NCBI GenBank assembly: GCA_965205945.1
Contig: CBDBIB010000003.1
Span: 608,394 to 672,393 of the forward strand
DNA from: Bdellovibrionales bacterium
GTDB taxonomy: Bacteria > Bdellovibrionota > Bdellovibrionia > Bdellovibrionales > UBA1609
Direction of reading: 5' to 3'
Length of the DNA: 64,000 nt
Shown here: one piece after another, positions 28,798 to 39,311 of the stretch
Numbering within the stretch: the first letter of the stretch is position 1
Layout: every line of letters begins with the position of its first letter
Notes under the pieces: model-generated
Databases searched by the model: none
What the model was told of the DNA's origin: nothing
Seen by the model: only the letters and a program-made list of their open reading frames with translations
Position numbers and translations under genes: made by a program

Positions 28798-28939
28798 GAG
28801 CCTGTAAATTAAATTGTGTAACTGCTTAATGATGAACTAGGATTAAAGCTCCTGTTAAGAGATAGGGGATTTTCCTCTTGCATGGTGATCATCGAGTTTG
28901 TAATTTATTTTGTGTAACTGCGATTTATTTTTCAGGCTC
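28798..28939. repeat. IS256-like terminal sequences (two direct copies plus a short inverted end)
   Basis: GAGCCTGTAAATTAAATTGTGTAACTGC (28798-28825) and GAGTTTGTAATTTATTTTGTGTAACTGC (28894-28921), 23/28 identical; CAGGCTC at 28933-28939 is the reverse complement of the start. Confidence 0.55.
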
Positions 28940-29180
28940 ATAACTATCGTTTCGTTACCACTAGTTAACGTATTGTAGGGAGTGTTGCTTAAGTTGAAAA
29001 TTCTTGTTATAAATGGGTCATTTTATTCTCGAGTAATGGGTTATTTGCAATTTTTCTTAACCTCACTGCAAGCCGCGGTCTTAATTACTGTTTGAATTAA
29101 ATTTAGGTATCCGGAAACTTTTTTTTTAAGCTCTCATATTACTTTTAATTTAATCAGTTTTCAGGAAAAATTAGTGTTCT

Positions 29181-30077
29181 TTAAGGTATCATAGCCAGGT
29201 GTGAAGATATTGGATAATTCATGTGATTTTTTAGCCATTTTGAAACAGTCATTAGTGTTTTAAGATTTACTCCTGTTTTATAGCCCATTTTTTCTAAACA
29301 ATAAACCAGATCTTCTGTTGCAAGATTTCCAGCTGCTCCAGGAGCATACGGGCAACCCCCTAATCCACCAATTGATGAGTCAAACTTAGTAAGTCTAAAT
29401 TTTAAAGATGCAATAACGTTACTTAAGGCTGTGCCTCTAGTATTATGGTAATGGCCAGCAAGCTGTTCAGGTTTTATTCCAGAGTTTATAAGTGCTTTTA
29501 AGGTTTCGTTAACTTGCTTTGGCGTGGCTGCTCCAATGGTATCGCCTAAAGAAACTTCATATACACCCATATCTAAAAGTTTTTTAGTGTATTTAATAAC
29601 TTTAGAGGTTTTAACATCACCTTCAAAGGGACAGCCAAATACCGTGCTTAGATAGCCTCGTACATTTATATTGTTTTTTTTTGCTTCATTCATAATAGGT
29701 TTAAAGCGGTTAAAACTTTCTTGAATTGAGCACTCAATATTTCTTTGGGAAAAAGATTCTGTACAAGATGTAAAAACAGCCACATCTTTTAAACTAGATT
29801 TTTTAAAATCTTGAAACCCTCTTAGATTTGGTACTAAAGCTGAATATACTAATGTTTTATCTTTTTGAGTTTTTAAGCAAGATTTAGCAACCTTTAATGA
29901 ATCTTTCATTTGTGGAATTTTTACCGGAGATACAAAGGCACCAATTTCAATTCTTTTTAGTCCTGCCTTTGTTAATTTTTTAACTAGAATAGAACGTTTT
30001 TGATGTGTGAGGATTTGTTTTTCATTTTGAAGACCATCGCGGGGTCCAACTTCAATGATTTGAATTTTTTTACTCAT
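29181..30077 (-). CDS. liuE: Hydroxymethylglutaryl-CoA lyase
   Basis: EVGPRDGLQNE, SLGDTIG, HYHNTRG, GGLGGCPYAPGA.GN. Confidence 0.93.
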   Translation of the reverse strand: MSKKIQIIEVGPRDGLQNEKQILTHQKRSILVKKLTKAGLKRIEIGAFVSPVKIPQMKDSLKVAKSCLKTQKDKTLVYSALVPNLRGFQDFKKSSLKDVAVFTSCTESFSQRNIECSIQESFNRFKPIMNEAKKNNINVRGYLSTVFGCPFEGDVKTSKVIKYTKKLLDMGVYEVSLGDTIGAATPKQVNETLKALINSGIKPEQLAGHYHNTRGTALSNVIASLKFRLTKFDSSIGGLGGCPYAPGAAGNLATEDLVYCLEKMGYKTGVNLKTLMTVSKWLKNHMNYPISSHLAMIP

Positions 30078-30445
30078 AATTTAATGTCCTTTTTAATTTT
30101 TAAAATGACATCATTTTTTGAAACAGTGTCTCCATCCTTAAAATCTAAATTCATAACTATTCCTTTATAAGGTGCTTTTAAAGTATGTTCTATTTTCATA
30201 GCCTCAACAACAAAAAGAGGATCCCCTTCTTCAACCTTTTGATTGATTGTAACAAAAATTTTTAAAATTTGTCCTGGCATAGGAGCTGAAAACTCACCGT
30301 TTTCACCTGTAATTTGTTTTCTGGATTTAAGCCTTTTGGTTCCAATATTGTCAATTTTAAAATTCCAACCATTAATACACACCCAGGTCTTTGTTCCTAA
30401 AATTTCTGAAAAATAAAAAGGCACATGGTCATTATTAAAGTTCAT
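30074..30445 (-). CDS. Biotin carboxyl carrier protein (separate C-terminal part of MCC alpha)
   Basis: APMPG and EAMK biotinylation motif; ATG at 30445 overlaps the upstream TGA (ATGA). Confidence 0.87.
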   Translation of the reverse strand: MNFNNDHVPFYFSEILGTKTWVCINGWNFKIDNIGTKRLKSRKQITGENGEFSAPMPGQILKIFVTINQKVEEGDPLFVVEAMKIEHTLKAPYKGIVMNLDFKDGDTVSKNDVILKIKKDIKL

Positions 30446-31899
30446 AGGCCTGGTCTCCAATTCTTATTAAAAACTGAATTTGTTTGAGTTGTCAGATATG
30501 ATTTTGAAATATCTTGAATTTGTTTAAGTGTCCATGGAGATTTTAACCCGTTTTTAAAATAAGTCTTAAAAAAATCAGTATTCATTGTACCGTTTATAAA
30601 TTCAGTGTGTTTTAAGATTTGAATAAGAAGGGGTATATTTGTATGAACTCCTGTTGTAATAGTTTTTTTAAGGCAAGCTTTCATTTTATCAATAGCTAAA
30701 GGTCGAGTTTTAGCCGTGCAGATAATTTTTGCGATCATTGAATCATAGAAGGTTGTAATTTCATCTCCTTGCTCAAATCCTGATTCAATACGAATATACT
30801 TTTGGTCTTGATCTACTCCAAAAAATAAGGTTCCTATTTTGCCAATAGAGGGAAGACCTTGTAGGTCTTCTGTATAAACTCTACATTCAATAGAATGACC
30901 TGTTGGAACCAGGCTTTTTTGAGTCCAAGAAAGATCTTGCTTAAATGCTGTTTTTATTTGTGCTTTAACAAGATCAACATTAAAAACTTCTTCTGTAACA
31001 GGATGTTCAACTTGAAGCCTTGTATTAACTTCTAAGAAATACAATTTCTGACCATCAAATAAAAACTCAACAGTTCCTGCTCCAAGATATTTTGATTTTT
31101 CAGCAAGTAACCTAGAGTAAGAATAAGCTGTAAGACGTTGTTTTTGTGTTAAACTAGGAGATAAGGCCTCTTCAATTATTTTTTGATATCTTCTTTGAAC
31201 GCTGCATTCTCGTTCACCAAGAACAAAAATCTCACCTCTATGGTCACCAAAAATTTGTACTTCAATGTGTTTTGCTGAGGGTAGATATTTTTCTAAAAAC
31301 ATTTGACTTGAACCAAAAGCCTTTAAGGCTTCATTTTTTGCAGAATTTAGTTGTGATTCAAGGTCGGATTGTTTTTCCACAATACGCATCCCTCTTCCAC
31401 CACCACCAGCTGCAGCCTTAATCAAAATTGGATAGCCAATAGCCTGGGCTTCTTTTTTTAATCTAGAAATGCTTTGCTCCGACTCTTTATAGCTTTTTAA
31501 GGTAGGGATCTGTTCTTTTTCACAGAATTTTTTTGCTGAAATTTTATCTCCAAATAAATCCATAGACTCAGGTCTTGGACCGATAAAGATAATATTATTT
31601 TTCTTACAAGCCCTAGCAAATTCGGCATTTTCAGATAAAAAACCAAACCCTGGATGGATAGCAGTTGCACCGGCTTTTAGCGCTCCTTGTATGACATTAT
31701 CAATGTTAAGATAACTTTTTAAACTCAGTCCTTCGCCAATGTTTTGTGTTTTGTCACAAGTTCGGTAAGCAATTGAGTTTTTATCTGGATCAGAGTGTAA
31801 AAGTATAGATTGAGCTCCGAGTTTTTTAATAGCTCGGTGTATACGGTGTGCTACTTCCCCTCTATTTGCAATAGCAATTTTAATATTAGAATCTAGCAT
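30442..31899 (-). CDS. liuD: Biotin carboxylase subunit of methylcrotonyl-CoA carboxylase
   Basis: IANRGEVA, HPGFGFLSEN, GGGGRGMR, RECSVQRR, EVNTRLQVEHPVTE, YDSMIAK. Confidence 0.88.
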   Translation of the reverse strand: MLDSNIKIAIANRGEVAHRIHRAIKKLGAQSILLHSDPDKNSIAYRTCDKTQNIGEGLSLKSYLNIDNVIQGALKAGATAIHPGFGFLSENAEFARACKKNNIIFIGPRPESMDLFGDKISAKKFCEKEQIPTLKSYKESEQSISRLKKEAQAIGYPILIKAAAGGGGRGMRIVEKQSDLESQLNSAKNEALKAFGSSQMFLEKYLPSAKHIEVQIFGDHRGEIFVLGERECSVQRRYQKIIEEALSPSLTQKQRLTAYSYSRLLAEKSKYLGAGTVEFLFDGQKLYFLEVNTRLQVEHPVTEEVFNVDLVKAQIKTAFKQDLSWTQKSLVPTGHSIECRVYTEDLQGLPSIGKIGTLFFGVDQDQKYIRIESGFEQGDEITTFYDSMIAKIICTAKTRPLAIDKMKACLKKTITTGVHTNIPLLIQILKHTEFINGTMNTDFFKTYFKNGLKSPWTLKQIQDISKSYLTTQTNSVFNKNWRPGL

Positions 31900-31902
31900 G
31901 AA

Positions 31903-32655
31903 TTATTTTATTCCTTTTAAAAAAAAGATCATTTTTTTTTGAGCATCAGAGTTTACTCTTAACGATGCAATAGTTTTAACAGTAAGCTCTTTAAAATCTT
32001 CAGGTTTAAGGCTTCTTTGAAATAAACATAAGTTTTTACTCTTTATAAGCCCTTCTTGTCCGGATGCCTTATAAGACTCTAAAACTTTGTTAAAAGATTC
32101 ATTAGTTAAAGTAGAATTAACCAGTCCAAGATGAAAAGCTTTTGATGTGTTAAACATTATCCCCGAAGTCATTAGTGCTTGGGCGTGAGAAGAATTGCAT
32201 TTTGATAAAATAAAACTAGAAATTATAGCGGGAGCTAAACCAAGCTTTACCTCACTAAAACAAAATTTGGTAGATTCTTCTGCAAGCACATAATCTGCAA
32301 CGGCAAGAAGACCAAGACCTCCGCCTAAAACATGCCCATGAGCTTTAACTATTACTGGCAGTGGAAACGAATAGATTTCATAAAAGAGGTTATAGAGTTT
32401 GTAAGAGTCATTAATGTTTTCATTAAAAGAGTAATTAATCATTTCTTTCATCCAGTTTAAATCAGCTCCAGCACAAAATGATTTGCCTTCCCCTAAAAGT
32501 ACTAAAGCTTTTAAAGTACTTAAGGATGACCTTAACTCTTTAAAAGTAGAGGTGAGTTCTGTTATTAATTCAAGATCAAGGGCATTTCTTTTCTCAGGGT
32601 TATTAAGACTAATATAAAAAATATCGTGTTTAGTTTTTGTTATTAATTTATTCAT
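31903..32655 (-). CDS. liuC: Methylglutaconyl-CoA hydratase (enoyl-CoA hydratase family)
   Basis: PEKRNA, FCAGADLNWM, GGGLGL, SEVKLGLAPA; liu operon context. Confidence 0.87.
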   Translation of the reverse strand: MNKLITKTKHDIFYISLNNPEKRNALDLELITELTSTFKELRSSLSTLKALVLLGEGKSFCAGADLNWMKEMINYSFNENINDSYKLYNLFYEIYSFPLPVIVKAHGHVLGGGLGLLAVADYVLAEESTKFCFSEVKLGLAPAIISSFILSKCNSSHAQALMTSGIMFNTSKAFHLGLVNSTLTNESFNKVLESYKASGQEGLIKSKNLCLFQRSLKPEDFKELTVKTIASLRVNSDAQKKMIFFLKGIK

Positions 32656-32663
32656 GTTATTTC

Positions 32664-34268
32664 CTACATTCTAAAAATATTTTGAACAGACTCTTTCATT
32701 TCGGTGTTTAAACAAACCTCTAAAGATAAGGCTAATATGTTTCTAGTGTCTTTAGGGTCGATTATACCATCATCCCAAAGTCTTGCTGTTGCGTAATATG
32801 CAGAGCTTTCTTTTTCATATTTATCTAAAATAGGTTGTTTAAAAGAAAGCTCCATTTGAGGGGTTATCTTTTCATTCATTTTTTTTATTTGATCTTTTTT
32901 TATAGTCCATAAGACATTTGCAGCTTGCTCCCCACCCATAACTGAGATTTTAGAATTAGGCCATGTCCACAAGAATCTTGGTTGATATGCTCTTCCACAC
33001 ATTCCGTAATTTCCAGCACCATGAGATCCACCTACAATTAGTGTTATTTTAGGAACTCGCACATTGCTAATGGCAGTTACAAGCTTTGCTCCATCTTTTG
33101 CAATGCCACCATTTTCATATTCTTTTCCAACCATAAAACCGGTGATGTTTTGTATGAAAAGAAGTGGAATTTTTCTTTGATCACAAAGTTGAATAAAATG
33201 AGCTGCTTTAAGAGAACTTTGAGAAAATAAAATTCCATTATTAGCTATAATGCCTATTTGCATTCCACAAATTTTTGCAAAACATGTAACAATGGTTTTT
33301 CCATAGTTTTCTTTAAATTCATGAAAATTACTTTCATCAACAATACGTAAAATAATTTCTTTTATATTAAAAGGTTGTTTTAAATTTTTTGGAATAACTC
33401 CATATAATTCTTCACAGGGGTAAAGGGGTTTTGCATAATCTGTATAGTTTCGATGTTTTTGATTAATATTTAAATGGCTTACAATATCTTTTGTAATATT
33501 TAAAGCATCAGCATCATTTTCTGCAAAGTGGTCACAAACACCACTAAGCATAGTGTGCATTTTAGCACCACCAAGTTCTTCAGCTGTAACAATCTCTTTA
33601 GTTGCAGCTTTTACTAGTGGAGGGCCTCCAAGAAAAATTGTTCCGGTCTTATGAACGATTACGTTTTCATCACTCATTGCTGGAACATATGCCCCTCCAG
33701 CAGTACAACTCCCCATGACAACTGAAATTTGTGGTATGCCTTTAGCAGATAGGCGGGCTTGATTATAAAAAATACGTCCAAAATTTTCTTTATCTGGAAA
33801 AACCTCTGACTGAAGGGGTAAAAAGGCACCTCCACTATCTACAAGATAAATACACGGCAGGTTATTTTCCAGCGCAATTTCTTGGGCTCGAAGGTGTTTT
33901 TTCACGGTTATTGGAAAGTATGTTCCGCTTTTAACCGTAGCATCATTTGCTACAATCATACAAAGAGTGCTCTCAACTTTTCCAATGCCGCTTACCACAC
34001 CAGCTGAAGGGGCTTGGGATTTATACATTTGGTGGGCTGCAAGAGGGCTGATTTCTAAAAATGAGCTTTGGTAATCTATTAAGTTAGAGATTCTTTGACG
34101 AGCGGTCATTTTTCCACGAGATAAATGCTTCTGAGTAGCACTTTTGCCGCCTCCTAATTGAGCTTTTTTAAGGAAGTTTTTTAAATTTTTAGTAAGCTCT
34201 TTAAGGTGAGCATGATTTTCTTTAAAACTTGGGGCATTTACGTTTAGTTCTGACTTATAAATGGGCAC
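32664..34268 (-). CDS. liuB: Methylcrotonyl-CoA carboxylase beta (carboxyltransferase) subunit
   Basis: KKHLRAQEIA, VDSGGAFLP, GSCTAGGAYVPAMSDE, GAGNYGMCGRAY, ARLWDDG. Confidence 0.94.
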   Translation of the reverse strand: MPIYKSELNVNAPSFKENHAHLKELTKNLKNFLKKAQLGGGKSATQKHLSRGKMTARQRISNLIDYQSSFLEISPLAAHQMYKSQAPSAGVVSGIGKVESTLCMIVANDATVKSGTYFPITVKKHLRAQEIALENNLPCIYLVDSGGAFLPLQSEVFPDKENFGRIFYNQARLSAKGIPQISVVMGSCTAGGAYVPAMSDENVIVHKTGTIFLGGPPLVKAATKEIVTAEELGGAKMHTMLSGVCDHFAENDADALNITKDIVSHLNINQKHRNYTDYAKPLYPCEELYGVIPKNLKQPFNIKEIILRIVDESNFHEFKENYGKTIVTCFAKICGMQIGIIANNGILFSQSSLKAAHFIQLCDQRKIPLLFIQNITGFMVGKEYENGGIAKDGAKLVTAISNVRVPKITLIVGGSHGAGNYGMCGRAYQPRFLWTWPNSKISVMGGEQAANVLWTIKKDQIKKMNEKITPQMELSFKQPILDKYEKESSAYYATARLWDDGIIDPKDTRNILALSLEVCLNTEMKESVQNIFRM

Positions 34269-34376
34269 AATATACTCCTCTATACTTATTTATAAAGAAC
34301 AAACAATGGGTAGTGCAAGGCTCTATTGGTTATGATAATAAAGAGGGGGTTTGATTATTTACTTTAAGGGGAGGGG

Positions 34377-34790
34377 ATGAGGTTTTTAGGTTTATTCGTG
34401 TTGTTTGCGGCTCTTTATATTACATGGGGTTTATTTAATGGCAACAACGTTGTAGTGTCAGAAAGTGTACATGTACAGATCCAGAAGAACTTAGTAAAAA
34501 AGATTATTCAAGAAGTTATTGTTTCAAACCCAAAGGCTTATAATATTGAAGTTTCTGAATTTTGGACTGAGACAATAGATGAAAAAAATATAGTCGCTTA
34601 TTTTAAATTTCAATTTGAGGAAAAAGGTCTAGAAGAGGACCTAAAGGTAACTAAAAATGGGCAGATAAGACTTTCTAAAGCTAAGCAGATTAAGGGTGTT
34701 GAGCAATGGGAAGTAAAAGGTGCTTCATTAAAAGGTCAAAAGATTGATTTTAAAAAAGGGTTAACTTTTTTTAAAAAAGAGATGAAATGA
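34377..34790 (+). CDS. Hypothetical protein with N-terminal membrane anchor
   Basis: G-rich SD-like sequence; hydrophobic N-terminus; ATGA overlap with next gene. Confidence 0.65.
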   Translation: MRFLGLFVLFAALYITWGLFNGNNVVVSESVHVQIQKNLVKKIIQEVIVSNPKAYNIEVSEFWTETIDEKNIVAYFKFQFEEKGLEEDLKVTKNGQIRLSKAKQIKGVEQWEVKGASLKGQKIDFKKGLTFFKKEMK

Positions 34791-35809
34791 AGAAAGTTAT
34801 ACAGATAAGCCATGAGGGAAAATTGTCTTTAAGTGGGCAGCCTATTAAAGACACTCAGTTTGGGAATAGTTTTTTTAAATCTATGTATAAAAAAGATTAT
34901 GTTTGTCAAGGACAGGTTGAAGGTGAAACAGTTCTTGTAGAGTCAGTTTTAGCTCCTTTAGTAGTTAAAAATGTAGAAAGTATGTTAAGTGGAGTGGTTA
35001 AATTAGAATTTTTTTATGGATATGAAGAAGAGTTTAAACTTTCTAAGGGCTTATACCAAGATGATTGGTCAAGGCTTTGTGGAGAGAGTAAGAATGAGGT
35101 TCCTTTTGTTTTTTCAATTCCTGCTCAAGTTAAATTTTTAGAAAAAGTTGTAAATCCTTTAAGTTATGATTCTTTTGTTTATAGAGAAAAAAACTATGAA
35201 TTAGAAGAATGGTATGAGGAAAATTTAGATGTATCAAAGTCTAAATTTTGGACTGAGCGTTATTTGCAAGAGGCTATGCCTTGGGATTTAAAAACTTATC
35301 ATCCGTGTATTGATTGGACTTTACCAAGGTTAAAACTCTTTAAAAGTAAGATTTTAGTTCCTGGCTGTGGAAGAGGCCATGATGCTGCAAAACTAGCTTC
35401 TTTAGGGCATAAAGTAACAGGGCTAGATTTTTCCTTAGAAGCAATTAAAAAAGCTAAGGAGTTTTATGGAAATAAGTTAAAATTTGAAACTATTGATTTC
35501 TTTAAATTCGCCCAAGAGCATAAAGAAGAGCATGATATAGTTTTTGAGCATACATTTTTTTGTGCAATTTCTCCAGGAGATCGAGAAAAATTAATTAAAT
35601 CTTGGGTTAAGGCACTAAAACCGGGTGGTTACTTGGTGGGGGTTTTTTTTATGGCCTTAAAGAGAAAAGGGCCTCCATTTGGAATCACTGAGTGGGAATT
35701 AGAGCAATTATTAGAAAAATATTTTAAGATTGAGTATTGGGGTAGGCTTAGAGGTGAAGAAGTTGCTAGAGAAGGTCAGGAACTTTTTATTTATGCTCAG
35801 AAAAAATGA
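34787..35809 (+). CDS. TPMT/halide-methyltransferase-like SAM methyltransferase with N-terminal extension
   Basis: W..RY....PWD, LVPGCGRGHD, EHTFFCAI, GPPF motifs in the C-terminal ~200 aa. Confidence 0.82.
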   Translation: MKKVIQISHEGKLSLSGQPIKDTQFGNSFFKSMYKKDYVCQGQVEGETVLVESVLAPLVVKNVESMLSGVVKLEFFYGYEEEFKLSKGLYQDDWSRLCGESKNEVPFVFSIPAQVKFLEKVVNPLSYDSFVYREKNYELEEWYEENLDVSKSKFWTERYLQEAMPWDLKTYHPCIDWTLPRLKLFKSKILVPGCGRGHDAAKLASLGHKVTGLDFSLEAIKKAKEFYGNKLKFETIDFFKFAQEHKEEHDIVFEHTFFCAISPGDREKLIKSWVKALKPGGYLVGVFFMALKRKGPPFGITEWELEQLLEKYFKIEYWGRLRGEEVAREGQELFIYAQKK

Positions 35810-35834
35810 ACTTAAAAAAAATATAGATAACTAG

Positions 35835-38453
35835 GTGATTATGGAAAACACAGAATTAAAGTTTAATTATTTAAAAGATTTTAGAGAATTAGAATATTCA
35901 ACGCCAGAGCTTTTTGCAACCTTTATATTAGGAAAGGAGAAAACAACTGTTAAAGCCGAGTATAAAATTATAAAAAACGCTGGCGTTTCAAAACTTTTTT
36001 TAAACGGTGTTGACATTAAATTCCTATCAGCTCGAATCAATGGAGTTTTGCTTTTAAAAGATCAGTATAAACTTTTAAAAGAAGGAATTGTTTTTTTAGT
36101 AGATCCAAATTTAACACAACTTTCTTTAACTGTTGAGAATGAAAACTATCCAAATAAAAATACAGAACTTGAAGGGCTTTATTTAAGTGGAGATCTTCTT
36201 TGTACGCAAAATGAACCCATGGGCTTTAGAAAAATTATGTATTCATTAGACCGTCCAGATAATATGGTTCAGTGTAGGGTTAAAATATTAGGTGACAAAC
36301 GCACTTACCCAGTTATGTTGGCCAATGGAAATTTAATTGAAGAAGGTTTTGAAAGTGGGCTGTATTATTGTATATGGGAGGATCCGTTTCCAAAATCACT
36401 TCACCTTTTTGCTCTTGTTGCAGGGGATCTTGCTAAGCTTACAAGCGAATACACAACAAAATCTGGAAGAAAGATTGATCTAAAATTTTATTTTAATCAT
36501 GGGGCTGAAAATAAATGCGATTTTGCAATAAAAAGCCTTAAGAATGCTATGAGATGGGATGAGGAGCGGTTTAATCTTGAGTATGATTTAGACCTTTATA
36601 TGGTTGCAGCTGTAGACTCTTTTAATATGGGGGCAATGGAGAATAAGGGGTTAAATATTTTTAACTCGGCACTTGTTTTAGTTGATCCTGCAACAGCAAC
36701 GGATTTAAATTACCATAGAGTTGAATCTGTTATTGGGCACGAGTATTTTCACAATTGGACAGGCAATAGAGTTACTTTAAAAAACTGGTTTCAGTTAACT
36801 TTAAAAGAAGGTCTTACTGTTTTTAGAGATCAGGAATTTTCTGCAGATTTAAACGATGCTGCAGTTGAGCGTATTGATATGGTGAAGAGTCTTAAGGAAA
36901 GGCAGTTTTCTGAAGATTCTGGTCCACTAGCTCATCCTATTAGACCTGAGAAGTATCAGGCAATGAATAATTTTTATACTCCAACAGTATATGAAAAAGG
37001 AGCTGAGGTTATTCGAATGCTTTTTATTCTTTTAGGAGAAGAAAAATTTCAAAAGGGAATGACTGAGTATTTTAAAGAATTTGACGGTAAGGCGGTCACT
37101 ACAGAGGATTTTGTTGATGTTATGACAGCTGAGGAGCCAAGGGTTGATAAGGAGTGGTTTTTAAGGTGGTATAAAACTCCAGGAACTCCATCGGTTACAA
37201 TTACAGAAGAATATTCATCAGGAAATTTAAGGCTTAAATTTATTCAAGAAAATAAAGTTTCTAAGATGCAAAAATTAGGATTTACTGAAACATACATTCC
37301 TATAAAAATGAGCATTTACAACTCTAAAGGGCATAAATTTATTTTGTCTTCTAAAGCTGTAGATCAACCTTTTTTAGATAAAGGGATTTTAATCTTAAAA
37401 AATAAAGAAACTCATATTGAATTTAATAGAATAAGCAAGGATTATATTTGTTCTTATTTTGAGGGTTTTTCAGCGCCAGTTTTATACTCTGTAAGAAACG
37501 ATAAAAGAAATATGGCAACACTAATTAAGTTTGATCAAGATAATTTTAATAAGTATAATGCTGTAAAAATAAGTGCTTTTCAGTTTGCCCAAGGGTTAAA
37601 TAATGATCATATTGAATCTTTAAAATATGTTTTTAAAGATGCCAATATGACAGATCTTATGAAGAGTCAGATTCTTGAACCTCCAACAGTAAATGATTTT
37701 TCTGAAGGGAAAAAAACTTTTAACCCAAATCAAATTCTAAAAATCCAGAAAGATTACATATCTAAAGTGGGTGATGAAGTGGGCGATATTTTTTTAAATT
37801 ATTTAAAAGAAACTAGTTTTAAACCTTTTAAATACTCTTTAGAGGCTAAAGGAGAGCGAGCTTTATACATTTGTGCTTTAGAGTATCTAGTTGTAAGTTC
37901 TAGGTACAAAACAGAGGCTGTTAGAATTTTAAAAGATATTTATAATAAATCAGACAATATGACAATTTCTTTTTCTGCTTTAATGCTCTTACAAAAATAT
38001 GCCTATACTCAAGCTTTAGATATTTCAAATGATTTTTATGAAACTCATCATAAAGAACATTTAACATTACAAAAATGGATATCTACATTCGTATCCATTC
38101 CAGATTTTAAAGAGGTTGAAAAAAGAATTAAGCATGTGGAGAGTTTAAAAGGCTATTTAGAAAAAATCCCTAATTTTGTTAGAGCTTTATGGGGCTCGTT
38201 TTGTAAAAATGATGCTGTTTTTCATGATGAAAAAGGACGTGGTTACGAACTGTTATTAAACAGAGTTCTTAAAATAGATAAAATTAATTCTCAAATATCT
38301 TCTGGCTTAATGAAGAACTTTAATATTACGCCAAGAATTTCTGGAAAAAACAAAAAAATTATAAGAAATGCTGTTTTAGGGTTTAATAGTGAGGGAGCAG
38401 TTCTTTCTAAAAACTTAGAAGAGACATATTTAAGCATTAAAGGAGTATTATAA
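35835..38453 (+). CDS. pepN: Aminopeptidase N (M1)
   Basis: GAMENKGLN, HEYFHNW...LKE zinc motif, YEKGAEV. Confidence 0.95.
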   Translation: MIMENTELKFNYLKDFRELEYSTPELFATFILGKEKTTVKAEYKIIKNAGVSKLFLNGVDIKFLSARINGVLLLKDQYKLLKEGIVFLVDPNLTQLSLTVENENYPNKNTELEGLYLSGDLLCTQNEPMGFRKIMYSLDRPDNMVQCRVKILGDKRTYPVMLANGNLIEEGFESGLYYCIWEDPFPKSLHLFALVAGDLAKLTSEYTTKSGRKIDLKFYFNHGAENKCDFAIKSLKNAMRWDEERFNLEYDLDLYMVAAVDSFNMGAMENKGLNIFNSALVLVDPATATDLNYHRVESVIGHEYFHNWTGNRVTLKNWFQLTLKEGLTVFRDQEFSADLNDAAVERIDMVKSLKERQFSEDSGPLAHPIRPEKYQAMNNFYTPTVYEKGAEVIRMLFILLGEEKFQKGMTEYFKEFDGKAVTTEDFVDVMTAEEPRVDKEWFLRWYKTPGTPSVTITEEYSSGNLRLKFIQENKVSKMQKLGFTETYIPIKMSIYNSKGHKFILSSKAVDQPFLDKGILILKNKETHIEFNRISKDYICSYFEGFSAPVLYSVRNDKRNMATLIKFDQDNFNKYNAVKISAFQFAQGLNNDHIESLKYVFKDANMTDLMKSQILEPPTVNDFSEGKKTFNPNQILKIQKDYISKVGDEVGDIFLNYLKETSFKPFKYSLEAKGERALYICALEYLVVSSRYKTEAVRILKDIYNKSDNMTISFSALMLLQKYAYTQALDISNDFYETHHKEHLTLQKWISTFVSIPDFKEVEKRIKHVESLKGYLEKIPNFVRALWGSFCKNDAVFHDEKGRGYELLLNRVLKIDKINSQISSGLMKNFNITPRISGKNKKIIRNAVLGFNSEGAVLSKNLEETYLSIKGVL

Positions 38454-39137
38454 ATGGCAAGTATGAAGCTTACAAATCCACTTAGATTTTTTGGATTTTT
38501 TGGATTATTTTTAGTATTTATGTTTTTAGCTGTAAAATCTTGTTCTGATAGAAGATCAAAGATGGAGTTTGTAGCGGCTGAAGATGTAACTGAAATCACC
38601 GATGTTTCAAGAGAAAAGGAAAATTCTAAGGAATTATCTGAATTCATCAAAGGTATAAAAAAAGACATCAAAAAAAAAGATGAAATCACTGGTGATCTTT
38701 TTATAAAAGATATTGAAAAACTTGAAGATAAAAACATTAATAAAGAAACTATTAAAAAATTTACGGGAAAAACTATTAGAATTAAGAAGAAAGTTAAAAA
38801 AAATATTTTTAAAAAATCGCCGTCTTTTAAAAAAGAAAGAACTAGAAACTGGAAAGAATTTAGAGTTTTAGTAAAAGCTAGTGGGAATAAAATAAATAGT
38901 TTTTCTAAACTTAAGCTTCAAAAAAATTTAAAAATCTTAAATTCCATTGGAAGAGGTAGGATTATTATTTACGGGGGGTACTTTCCTGGTGAAGTAAAAT
39001 CTAAAGGATTCATTAGGGCTGCAAATATTAAAAATGAATTAATAAGTTTAGGTCTTAACAGTTCGATCTCTATCTTTACTCTACCTTATTTTAGAAATAA
39101 TAAAGACTTTATAGGTGAGGTTAGGTTTTCTAAATAA
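38454..39137 (+). CDS. Membrane-anchored hypothetical protein, possible degenerate OmpA-like C-terminal domain
   Basis: N-terminal TM helix; IIIYGG...RAANIKNELISLG resembles the OmpA 'RA..VK..L...G' helix. Confidence 0.5.
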   Translation: MASMKLTNPLRFFGFFGLFLVFMFLAVKSCSDRRSKMEFVAAEDVTEITDVSREKENSKELSEFIKGIKKDIKKKDEITGDLFIKDIEKLEDKNINKETIKKFTGKTIRIKKKVKKNIFKKSPSFKKERTRNWKEFRVLVKASGNKINSFSKLKLQKNLKILNSIGRGRIIIYGGYFPGEVKSKGFIRAANIKNELISLGLNSSISIFTLPYFRNNKDFIGEVRFSK

Positions 39138-39311
39138 AATTAAGATTTAGGCTGCAAGGCTTTTTAAGGAAACAGTTGTTTTAAGGGCTATGAGGTTTAA
39201 AGCATTAAAAAAATAGAGCTAAATCCCCAGGAAAAAAAGCAATGCACTCAAGTGTATAATAGTTTTTTTTCCTTGGAGTGGAGGAGTTCATTAAAAAACT
39301 TAGTAATTAAT

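Noticed and set aside
28798..28921. Two 28-bp repeats as a mini CRISPR array
   Set aside because: Only two copies, five mismatches, 68-nt spacer; better explained as IS256-like ends
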